From the NCBI GenBank assembly GCA_918797485.1, contig CAKKNE010000002.1, forward strand, positions 4,960,001-5,024,000: a stretch of 64,000 nt of DNA. Direction: 5' to 3'. The notes under the pieces are model-generated. The model was not told where the DNA came from, searched no databases, and saw nothing but the letters and a program-made list of their open reading frames with translations. Positions within the stretch are counted from its first letter, which is position 1; each line of letters opens with the position of its first letter. A program made the translations under genes and the position numbers. Positions 52,901 to 64,000 of the stretch are shown piece after piece. This DNA comes from Pelagomonas calceolata. Lineage: Eukaryota.

Positions 52901-55900
52901 TTTAAAGTTCGCGTCGTACTCGACGTCCTCGCCGCCGAAGCGCAAAAACATCTGCCGACCTTTTCTGATGACCGTCCTCGCCAGTACCGGATCCAGCACG
53001 GCGTCGATCTGCTCCCCAAGATTCTCGACGATGACGCAGTCGCCATTTCTTATGGCTTCCGTAACTCTAAACACCCAGTTCTTCTCGCCTAGCTGTAGTT
53101 GTACTATACCGTTTCCGGTCGCGACCGGTTCCTCGTCGCCGGCCTCTTCGGGGTTCCTCGCGGCCAGCTTCTCCGCGAGTTGAGCTTGCTGGACCTTCAG
53201 CCGCGCCTCTTCATGCGACCGGATCCAGGAGATGCCCTGGAGCTGCGGGTCGACGATGAGCGGCCACCGGTTGCAGTTCGTGATGATGGCGCCGTTCTCT
53301 ATACTAATCCGGTCCGCCGGCAGGCCCTCGTTCTGCCACGAGGCCTTCTGGCTATCATTCGTGAGTAGATCGAGCGGCTCGATGCCGCTCGTCATCGGGA
53401 TTTCTCTTCTAACAAGATCGGCGATCCAGAAGTCGGTCGTTAATCGCTTTCTGAACTGACTGCCGAAGGCTCCTATGTAACTAACAAAAGCAGCGCCTAG
53501 CAACACATCCCCAACGAGCGTCTTCTCCACCGACCGCAACCGTTCGACTTCGACGGTCCACCGATCATATTCGGAGGCTAAACCATTCGTCAACCGCTCC
53601 GCTAAATTAAGTCGATCCTGGCAGGCGTTCGCCACGGCCTCGACCTTGGCTTTTTCCGACGTCGCTTCGAGAAATTGCATCTGCAGCGCGTCGAGCGCCT
53701 CGTTAATCTTCGCTAATTTGGCGTCGACGACGGCCAGTTCGCCTTCCGCTTTAGCTTTCACGGCCTGGGCCGCGGCCAGGTCCTCCATGAGCGGCCGGAT
53801 CTTCTTGTAGACTTTGTTGTACGTGATAATGTTCACGACCCAGTTGCAGAGGTTCGCGGCCGCGGCCGACTTGCTCTTCATCTTGTCGTAGGAGAAGACC
53901 GGATCATCCAAGTAGGGCTGGACGCGCTTCACGAGGTCTTCCGCGATGTCCTCGCCCTTGAAGTCGATCAGACTTTGCAGGAAGGCGTCGACCTGCGCGG
54001 GAATCGTACCATCACGGAACCGTCTCCGTGCACTCACGCGACGCGTCGGCATCGCGTCGACGTCTTCATGAAGACCACGTCATGCGCGGAGCATCGCGGT
54101 GTCTCGACGCGGTCCGAACGGCCTCAAATTCGAAAAAGAAACCATTCTCTCGTGGAGACGACTCATATCAAGGAAGTGAAGACGCCGCAATCGCACTTTA
54201 GCCATCATCTTCTTCGCGGGGTCCCAGCCCAGCCCTTTCTTGCCCGCGCCCTTCACTAATATTAATAAAGCGTCGGTCACCTTGTCCACGCCACTCGGTG
54301 GCTTCGCGAAGGACTTTAGTTCCGTGACGGAGGCCTTGTCGAGGCAGTTGACCGCGTCCTTCGCGGCGTCCAATGCCGGCTGCGCGACAGCTAAATCCGA
54401 CGCCGCGCTTTCTTCAATCTTCCTCGCATCTTGAGCTGCACTATCAGCACGGCCTTGAACTATTTTCGCGGCGTCCTGCTCGCCCTCGGCGATGGCGCGC
54501 TGCTCGCCCATCCTTTCCAGGAAAACGTCGCATTCGGCCTTCTTCTTGTTGACGTCGACCATCTTTATCTTCAAGTCCTCTTTCAGGGCCGTCACGTCCT
54601 TGTTCGTGTTCTTCAGTGTTTGTAGACCGGTGGCTAGTCTTTCAATTTGATTGCTCATCTCCTGTCGTCGCTCAGCTAACAAACTCTTGTAGAACGAGAT
54701 CAGCTCCAGGAACGACGTCGGCGTCACGTAATTGTAGCGCTTCTCGACGACGAAGTACTGCTCCGACTGCGCACCGACGGACGCGTGGACCTCGGCGACG
54801 TGAAAACAAATGTTGTCCGCGACGTCGGACGGCCCCAAATCCACTTCATGCAAGAAATGCTGCGCGACGCTCACGAGGGCGTCCTTGGGCCAGGGGTGGA
54901 ACCAGTCGATGGCCGTGCAGTTGATGAGCGCGGGGAACTTTCTTGCTCTTATTCTAAACAACTCGCCAATAGGTGAAAAACAAAGTACGACATGCAGGTT
55001 GTGCCGCACGCGCCCGATGAAGTACTCCATCATGCTGTCCGACGTGTCCGCCACTCCTTCCGCCTTCGCCGCGTTCCGCAGCGCGCCGAAGATCGCGTCG
55101 TACTCGTCCCGCGAGAAGAGGTCGGGGATGATCCCCGACGCCAGCACGTCGTTGATGAACACGAGAAACTTTTCATCCACAATCTGGGAATCCGTGAGCA
55201 GAAAGGTGATGGGTTCCGCGGGCTTGACGCCGGCCCTGCGGTACAGCTCCTTGAGCTCCTCCTTGAGCTCGCTGACGCCGAACGTGCTCGTGACGGCGAC
55301 CTGCGTCACCGCGTTCCCGCAGATGAAACTGGCTAATCTCGCCAGAGATTGCTTGCCGCTCCCGCCCACGCCCACGAGCAGCGCGTTCCCTTGCGGGAAG
55401 CCGATGATCCTCGCGATGCGGACGACGTGGAGCATGGCCACGTCGAACAACACGAGGTTCATGATGGCGTTCGCCTCGTTGTACTCATTCAGTTGATCGT
55501 GCAGGACCTTCTTCAGGGCGGCCATCGATTTTATGGGTAAGTACGCCCGCGAGTCGTCCATGGTCGGCGTCGCGAACGTCGTCCACGCGTTCGGCCGCTT
55601 GAATAACAATTCTTGATCATCATCAATCACCCTTTTCGCCACGTCCACGACGATCTCCAGGCACCGCTGGATCTCCGTATTACTTATCAGTCGGTCCGCG
55701 TAGACGCGCTCGCACTCGTGCATCCAGAGCCTCGCCACTTTCAGGCCGTCCCGCACGTGGGCATGGTGGATGCTACACAAGCCTTGGAAGACCGCACTCA
55801 AATCCCTCATATTGAAGTTGTAGTGGAACTTCACCGCGCTCGGCAGGAAGCGGCTCGCCATCTCGCGGTGGATCGCGAGCGTGCCGTCCACGATGCCCTT

Positions 55901-58900
55901 GCCGACCTTCTGTACTGACGAAGAGAAGGACTCCAAGTGGGCATCGAGGATGCTTCCGAAGATCATGGCCAGGTCCGCGTCCGAGCTCGATTGGCACCCG
56001 AAAGCCGCGAAGTGGCGCTGGTACCGTCCGAGCACCGAGAAGGACCCGGCCTTGTGGTTCTGCGCGCAGATGAACTGGCAGTCCACGACCTGCTTCCGCA
56101 AACTCAAATCGGCCCGGTCGTACCAGGACCCGTAGTCGGCGTGCATGCGCAGCAGCTCGATGGGCGTCTGCGTGCCGTACTCCTCCACGAAGGGCATGTT
56201 CAGGTCGTCGATGAAATACACCAGAACTTTCCCCGCCGGTGGACCATAAGATTTGCCGGACCGCTTCTCGATCGGCGCCTCGAGCTGGCCCTGCGTCGTC
56301 ACCGCGTCGGTATAAAAGTTCATGTTGATGGTGGCGGTGTCGTACTTCTCGATCGGTAAGCTTCTAAGAAAATCTCGCACCAAGACCGTTTTGCCCGTGC
56401 CCGCGGAGCCGACGAACAGCACGCCGTGGCCGTTCGTCTGGAGGTTCGTTGTTAGAGTTTTCAATGCTACGAGATCCGCCGTAGCCACGACTATATTCGA
56501 AAACTTGACCACACCGACCGGTTCATAGCGAGGGACCAATTCACTCCACTCGCAGACGTCGCCCGATGCCGGGTCGACGGCGTACTCGAAGCAGAGCCCG
56601 GCCTCCGGGAGTTTCAAACCTCCCTTCGCCACGTCGCGCCAGACCTCGTTAAATAATTGCCTGGAGTCCGTCGTCTTGTCCGCCGCCGCGCAGCCCCCAA
56701 AGGCCCAGATGCAGGCGTACAAAAACAACCGCTCGATCCGATGCCCGTCCTTCTCGCTCTCTGGAACTGCCGATAGATAGCCCTCCAGCAGGTGGCACAA
56801 GGCACTCACCTTGGAGATGGTCATGACCGGCGTCAGGTACTCTACACCTTTTTCTTTCAACATAGCTATCAGTTGAGGTATGTATTTATCAAAAAAACCC
56901 GGCAAGCAGCTCTTCTCGGTGTCCGAGTCTCGTCGTTCCGTCCACGACGTCGCGAAGGGCGCCCAGCCGATGTCCGTCTCGTTGATGAACAAGATACCCG
57001 CACGACTGACGGTCGCGGGCGTCGCGTTCCGCAGCGACTCAATTTCGAAGACCATCCGCATCGCCGGGGTGAGTGGAATTCTTTCGTTGGACACTAATGT
57101 CAACACCTTGTTGTCGTCCATGACCGTGTTCATGGACTCGATCCAGACCGCGTCGATGTCGCCGTCTAAGACGACCCACTGGTCCGTCTGGGCACTGGTA
57201 TAGGGCTGCCAGCACTTGCACATGTTCCTCATTACTATGCTGAGACACCCGTCCTTCCAGTCCTTGGACAGCGTCATGTAGCCGTACAACTCGTCGGACG
57301 TCACGGCCTTCGGATTGACCGCCTCGTAGACGCAGAGCGGCTTCGGCTGGTCCACGTTCTTGCACGCCACGAGCGTCTGGTAGATCGTCGACTTGCCGGC
57401 GCCCGGCGGGCCCAGCAGCATGACGCTATGCCTGACGTCGAGCAATTCTTGAAATTGCACGACCTTCGCGATGAAGACGTCTTCGCTCTGGAAACCGTTT
57501 TTCCGGGAAACTTTGATCGCCGTTTCCTTCAGGACCTCGTCGACGTTGGTAGCTAGCTCCAGGCCCGGGAACAGGTCCGAGATGAGCCGCAAGAACACGG
57601 GGATGTCGTTCGCGGGAATCTTGGGCGTGTTGAAGTCGCGCAGCGCTCGCATTAGAATGGCTTCCTCGTTGACTTTTGGCTCGGCTCTCTTTAATTTACC
57701 GGCGACTCTCAGGACCGACTTCACCGCTCGGAGCCCCCAGTCGTAATGCGCCTGCTTACTGAGTAGATCAGCACTCAAGGCATACAGCGTGTTGAACTTG
57801 ATCGCGAGCGGTCGCGCCGTGACGAAGCCTTCGCTCATCAACATGTTCTCCATGATCATCGCCAGGTCCGGCCGGATCATGGCGCAGGAACGAAACAGTG
57901 CCTTCAAATTCTCGGGCAGCTCCGTCCGCCCGGCATACCCCGGGTTCATCGTGATGTAGAAGCCGCACGTCGGCACGAGGCCGATCTCCTGCCCAAAAAA
58001 GTCGTAGTCGCCGACCTTGAGCGGTGGTGTCCCCGCCGGTAGCGTTTTGTATTCTCCTACTCTGTTCTCGGGGTCGGCGAATCGGATCGTGGCGTCTAAG
58101 ATGGTCTTCACTTGCGTAGCGACCACAGACAGCACCTCGATGGGGATGCGGTTGAACTCGTCGAAGCAGCCCCAGGCGCCGGCCTGGCTGAGACCCCGGA
58201 AGATGTCGGCCATGGTCTGGTAGTTCATCTGGTCGGAGCAGTTGAAGACGTAACAAGGTAGGCCCAGGTCGCGCGAGAGGTCCTTCGTGGTCTCCGTCTT
58301 GCCCGTGCCCGCCGGGCCGGCTGGGGCACCTCCTAAGAATAATCTTATGGCGGTCGTGAGTGTGACGTAGCATCGGTCGGTCAACGGCGTAATAACCAAT
58401 CGCCCGCAGTTGCCCACGTACTCGAAGCTGTAGACGCTTCGGTAGTCACAAATACGAATGTCCGCGTCCCTGGCATCGGCGGCCCAGTAGTAGCGCAGCT
58501 GACTGCTCCAGAGGAAGTCCTGCGCGTTTTCCACGCGTTTCGTGATCAACGCCCCGACGATGTCTCTACTATGAACATCGATCGTAATCAGCGTGATGAT
58601 CTTGTTCCGCAGCTCCTTCGATAAATCCCCTTGCACCTGCTTGATCAGGGCGTCGAGCCGGCCTTTGCACACATCTAAATATTTCTTGACCGCGTCGTCG
58701 GTCCCGTTCTCCAGGTCATCCAACGCCGTTTCCGTCTCTTCGGTCCAGACGATTTGGGACGTTATGAGGGCGATCTGCGCACAGTGGTAGGCGACCCACT
58801 CCTCGCGCGGGCGCTCCGTGTCCCACGACGACGCCTCCTCGAGAGCCGTGACGAGGCAGCCTCGCAGCGTATCGCGCATGAACGTCACGAGCTCGTTCAA

Positions 58901-61900
58901 CCACACTTCCACGGCGCCCTCCATCATGAAGTGGTCCTCGAAGGGCACGTCCTCGCCGTCTTTCGCGACCATGCTCGACGCCTCGGTCGGCGGCTTCTCC
59001 TTCTTCGGCTCGTCGTCACTCAGACTTTCGTCTTCGAGCTGCTCGAGCCTTGAGGGAAGCGCGAAGGTCAACCGGTCGATGCCGTCGAAGACGGCCCCGA
59101 CGTGCGGCATGATCTTTGTAGGATTATTACTATTCGAGAGGATGTCGAGCAGCGCCATGTTGGAGACGAAGTAGAAGCGCGGGAAGATGTTCTTCTTCAT
59201 GTCCAAGTATTCGGTCAGCGCCTTCTGGCAGAGCTCGAGCTCCTTGTACATGACCTCGAGCTGCTTTTCGCGCCCGTCGACCTCGCAGACACTCACCACC
59301 TGTTTCACGGCGAAGATCGAGGTCATCGTCTCCTTGAACTCGCCATCAATACCTTCGAAGCGCTTCGTATCATCAGGTAACTGCGCGCGGATGTCCTGGC
59401 TCCCGAGGAAGATGGCCTCGAGGGCCGCCCACGCGCGCTGCACCATCAACAGTATTCTCATGACCGCCTCGATCGTGCCTAGCGTCTTCTGCCACGCTTG
59501 TATGTCACTCCGGAAGAAGTCCACGGCCCGGCCCATGGCCGCCATGCTCTGCAACTGAATATTGTGCTCGTCCAGGGTCTCAATTAAGTCGTCTGGAGAA
59601 ACAATAACTTGCACCTCCGTATCTTTATGTCTAGCTAGTTCAAGGCAGGCAACACTCCAGAACTGCTCGATCTGTTTCAGCTTCTGCTCGACCTTGTTCT
59701 CCTTCTGCGCGACCTCGACGATCTCCATGATGCCCTCGACGTGCTCGTGGAGCTGCAACTTCAACAAATCGGCGAGGCAGAAGCCGGGGCCCTTGTCCAC
59801 CGGTTTATGACATTCGCTCGCGACGGCCTTCCAGTGGCGGTCGCGCATGCACGGGGACCGCAGCTCGCTTACGAGGGGTAAGATCGAGGCCATGTTTTGC
59901 ACCGACCCTTGCAGGCGCAGGTAGCAGGGCCAGTCCCTTAACCGCCGCGGGAGGCGCTTCACGTGCGTCGCGAGCTTCTTGCACTCGTCGACGAGGTCAT
60001 CTGGTCTTATGTCGAGCCATAACGTATCGCTCCAGCTGCCAAACAGACTCTCCACCACACCAACGCAGTCCCAGACCTGCTTGAGCAGTTTTAATTCTGT
60101 TCGTAGAGTAAGTAGTTCGGGAGCCTTTATTTTATTGAGCTCGAAGAGCTCCTGCAAATTCTTGAACGACTCGGCCTCCGCTTCCAACACCTTCATCCTC
60201 GCGTAGGTCCTGTCCATGCTCGCGTAGGCGTCCTTGATCCTATCGGAGGGCCACGTGAAGGGCCCGTGGGGCGCATCTCTAAATTCGCGGTGCGCGAGTT
60301 TGACCCGAGACACGTAGTCCGCGATGTCCCGCTTGATGAAGTCGACCATGGCGTTCTGGAGCGGCTGGATGCTCTCTTTCACGCGAAACGTCTTGTTCAC
60401 CGTGTTGTCCCAGGCCAAGGGCGCTCGCTCCAAAAAGTCCAGAGCCTCCTCCTCGCCCACTAACCCTAAATCCAATTCGATCGCGTTGGACTTGAGCAGC
60501 TCCACCGTCTCGCGCAGCGGCACGAAGGTCGCCTCCATGCCCGGCATGCGCTGGCGCACATCCCTAATATGCGACATGACGGACATGAGCGTCTCCTTGT
60601 CGCCGTCGTCGACCTCCTGGTCGAGGCCGACGTCGATGGCGTCCATGAAATCATATAATTCGGTGAGGTCGCCCATGAGCTTCTCCTGCAAATAGTTCGT
60701 GAAGCAGTACATCCACTTGTTGCACCACGTGCTCAATGCTTGTTTTACCGGCTGGCTCTGGATCCTCAAAAAATCGATCTCGTGCGTCGGCCTCATGTCG
60801 TCGACCTCGTGCTGGACGCCCTGGTAGAGCTGGATCTTCTCCTCGAACAGTTCTAGATTTAAACGCTCCGGCTCGGGCTCTTCCTCGGGAAGGTCTTCTC
60901 CCGAGGCCACGGAAGCCGCTTCGGGCTTGATGATAGCCGTCTCCAGGAACTCGGCGAACATCTCGTTCAAGTCCGTCGTCCAGAGGTAGTCGTACAGCTC
61001 GTAGTTCCGCTTCAGCTTCTGGCACCGCTGCTCCGTCAAATTCAGCCTTTGCTCGATGCAAGCTATGAAGCCCATGACCTCCATGTCCTCCATGAGCTCT
61101 CGGAGGTACGTCCCTTCGCCCGTGTCTAACCTTTTCACCTGCAGCGCCACGTCGTCGAAGTTCATGCACCAGTCGCGGAAGATCGTCCTCAATTCCCCCG
61201 GGCCGGGACCCACTTCAGGAATGAATTTGACGCGACCGTCGACCAGATCTAATTCAATCTCCAACATCGGACCGAGGGCCGTAGGCTTCGCCAAGTGCAC
61301 GGGGTCGAGCTGCTGCTCGAGCGCGGCGCACGACTTCACGACTATTCGTTTAAGCCCACCGACGATGATATTGTTCACGAAATCTAAATAGGCCTTCCAG
61401 TCCGGCAGGCCCTGGCTGACCTTGAGCTTCTTGTTCGTGTCCTTCATCAACAAATGGATCTCGTTGCCGCCCTGCGGGGCGCGGACGCGTAAGACGGCGT
61501 CGACGCGACCGCGTTTCTCTCGGACCCGCCGCCCGTCATCGGGAGATGGAGACGATGCATGACGATGGCGTGCGGTTCGGAAACGGACGCCGCGTCGCGG
61601 ACCTTCCTGATGGCGTCGTACCTTTCCTTGAGCGTCACCTTCTGGAGCTGCTCGAAGTCGTCGACGGGCTGGGCCTTGCCCGAGCGCTTGAGGAGCGGCT
61701 GCGCGGACCACGCGTCGAGGACGGCCTCGGCCTTCCGGAGGTTGTCCTTCATCTTCTCCACCACTAATTTGATCTCGTTCGCCGCCGTCATGCTCTCGTT
61801 GACGTACCTGCGCGGACGTCGACCAATGCTCCCAGACGCCGTCGCCGCGACGTCCCGGCACGACGCCGTCGACGCGGCCGCTTCTCTCGGAGCCACGCGA

Positions 61901-64000
61901 AGGCACGAAAGGACACGGCAGGACGAACAGGTCGATGTTGTTGCTCTTCCAGTTGAGGGGCTTCTTCTTGGACTTCTTCTTCTTCTTCTTGGGCGTTTGC
62001 TCGTCAGGAACGGCGTCCTCGAGCAAGTCCTGCGGGGACGTCGACCGGTGAGCTACGGATCTCCGAGCACCATCGAGATTTGTGTGGAGCGTCGCGTCGA
62101 CGGCGTTTCCAGCAGAGATGCGTCCGCGGGGACGCCATCGCGACTCCCCGAGCCGCCGCGTCTCGCGAGCTCGGCGCCGCGGCCTCCGAGCGACCCACGC
62201 GACCGTATCCAGAGAGAAACACCTCGCTCCGACCGCGCGCGACCCCGAATCGAAGTAAAACTCGAACTCGGAGGCGATACCTTGTGCGGCGCGATGCCTT
62301 GGGCTAGTACATCATCTAACAACTCTAGTTGTTTGGAGAGCAGGGGCCGCTCGACCGGCAGCATCTCGGCCTGCATCCAGTTGTAGACGTTGACCTGCGC
62401 GGGATCACGTGTAGACGCTCCGACGATCATGACGACGGCGTCGAGGCGTCGCGCTGACGCCGTCGACGCGTAGTTGAAGACGCTGAGTCAGCACCACGAG
62501 ATCCAAATTGCCCATATGTTTTCTAAAAGTCTCGGCGTGCTCGTAGATCTCCAGCGCGGCCTGGGGCGCCTCGAAGCCCAGTAGCAGGAAGTACTTGACC
62601 TCTCGGAGCAGTCTCACCAACAAAGGGTCAAAATTCACGTAGAGCAGGGGGTAGCCGAACTCAGGATCGTTCTCGGACCGCAGCAGCGGATTTTTTAATT
62701 TAGCTTGACTCGATTTCTCCATCTCGGCGCCCCAGGCCTCGATCTGCTCGCGCTCGTAGTCGGAGAGCTGGCCCTGGAAGGCCGTGTAGTCCTTGATGAC
62801 GTCGCGCGCCTCCTCGGACTCCATCACACTCTTGTCGAGCTTGCGGATTTTACTCATGGGCGTTTTTATGCGCTCCAACAGCCCTCGACACCAAGTAAGC
62901 GCACCAGCGATCGGCGGTAGATTGTGCGCGATCGGCGGCGCCTCTTTCCCTTCGATGAACATCTTCTGCATCGCTCTTACATCTTCACCTGCGTGGTCGC
63001 GACACTCGTAGGCTCTCGTGTGGTCACGACGACGCCATCGACGCGAAGTGGACACTGAGTCAGCACCGAACACGGACACCATCTGGACGTAGCGCTTCTC
63101 GAGCTCCTCCGTTATTACTTGTCTTGCTGTTAACCCCGCGAAACTGTCTAGTAATTTGAACTGCGCCCGCAACGTCGGCGCATCTGAAAAACCTTGCGAC
63201 AGGACGGACGCCAATCGTTTCTCGAGCTCCCGCACACTTGTCCGGAATTCGTAGAACGCGTCGTCGAACTCCTTGGCCTCGGTATCCAATAATCGATCAT
63301 CCCCATAAGATCGCACCCGATTGACCGCTTGCGTGAAGTCCGAGTGGATCTGTTGTACGGAAGTCGTGAGCACCTTGCCCTTCGTGCCGCCGATCTCGAT
63401 CTTACTAAGTTGGCCGAACTGCATCGTGGTTTCTGTCAGTTCCAACACATCATGGCACCGCTCCCAGAAGGCGTCGAGCCGCACGAAGACGGCGTTGTTC
63501 TGGACGCGCCAGGCGTTCAAAGGGCATTCGGTAGCAGCCTTGTCCTTGTACTTGAGGTAGACCTCCTTGAAGGCCGCCAGGACTCTGAGAGTTTCCTTGA
63601 GCGCTGATACGGCTCCCCTCGCATCGTTGGGATCTTCTGACTCGATGAGCTCGAAGACAGACATACTACCAAGATACTGCTGGGATTGCGCTACGAGGGC
63701 GTTGCAGACCTCCCGCACCAACACGACGAGTCTTGTCGGCGTGTTGTAGTGGCCCGAGCCCTTCCAGATCAGTAAGATCGTATGCACGACCGGCGGATAG
63801 ACTTCAGGCAATACGGAGTAGTCCGTGCAGTCCTCCAGCTGCTCGACCCACTTGCGCAAGGGCGCTAAGAACTTGACGTTGTCGTTCGCTTCAGCTCTAG
63901 CGTGGAAGAGCTCCTTGCACAGCTTCGCGAAGGGGGCATTATAGGTCGACTGCGCCTTGTCCAAGCACCGCAGGACCTTTCGCACACGCACGCTTTGCAA
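49979..64000 (-). CDS. DNAH: Axonemal dynein heavy chain (outer-arm beta / DNAH9-11-17-like); 5' part outside the window; six introns
   Basis: AAA P-loops GPAGTGKT (with CFDEFNRI and GYAGRTELPENLK), GPPGAGKS, GSAGTGKT, GVGGSGKQ; stalk; C-terminal KWVLAGTALIM. Exons 64000-63067, 62988-62495, 62394-62281, 62029-61929, 61807-61603, 61471-54197, 53992-49979. Confidence 0.95.
53993..54196 (-). mobile_element. Dynein intron (204 bp), introner-like
   Basis: aaa|gtgcga ... cccgcgcag|gtcgac; removes an in-frame stop; similar to part of the DnaJ intron (aacggcctc..aat..cgaaaaa). Confidence 0.85.
61472..61602 (-). mobile_element. Dynein intron (131 bp), introner-like
   Basis: aag|gtccgc ... ccccgcag|ggc; 25-bp identity with the DnaJ intron. 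Confidence 0.8.
61808..61928 (-). mobile_element. Dynein intron (121 bp) with 6/8 TSD
   Basis: TSD gttcgtcc / gtacgtca; ends ccgcgcag. Confidence 0.8.
62030..62280 (-). mobile_element. Dynein intron (251 bp), introner-like
   Basis: aag|gtatcg ... ccccgcag|gac; contains cgatggcgt and cgtcgacgcg motifs. Confidence 0.75.
62395..62494 (-). mobile_element. Dynein intron (100 bp)
   Basis: gtg|gtgctgactcag ... cccgcgcag|gtc; joins LDLV|VNVYN. Confidence 0.85.
62989..63066 (-). mobile_element. Dynein intron (78 bp, in frame, stop-free)
   Basis: g|gtgctgactcag ... cacgcag|gtgaag; same first 12 nt as intron 62395-62494. Confidence 0.75.

Noticed and set aside
61472..62026. N-terminus of the 2648-aa ORF as an independent gene start
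   Set aside because: It is a read-through of two introns and an out-of-frame exon of the single dynein gene.
1..64000. Autonomous transposase, rRNA or tRNA genes
   Set aside because: None recognised in the ORF track or by eye; small ncRNAs cannot be excluded without a covariance-model search.

Overview
Eukaryotic, very GC-rich, gene-dense nuclear DNA from a flagellated photosynthetic stramenopile. The inferred lineage is a pelagophyte such as Pelagomonas or Aureococcus, based on bipartite plastid presequences, Tic20, an axonemal dynein and introner-type introns. About 28 protein-coding genes can be supported, ending in the 3' ~14 kb of an axonemal dynein heavy chain. No rRNA, tRNA or CRISPR was recognised. 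Main observations: (1) 20 inferred introns look like a family of MITE-like introner elements: all end in CRCAG, several carry CTGTGTGGAAATC-like terminal inverted repeats, and several have 8-bp target-site duplications (TSDs) that supply the 5' splice site. (2) A probably plastid-targeted tRNA 2-selenouridine synthase (SelU/MnmH) is fused in frame to a DUF1823-like domain. (3) A tandem pair of mosaic Cys-rich surface proteins shows a readable duplication breakpoint and a homogenised 3' end. (4) A SET domain is interrupted by a Tudor-like insert. (5) An amidase has lost its whole catalytic core. Splice models come from reading-frame logic only, without transcript data.
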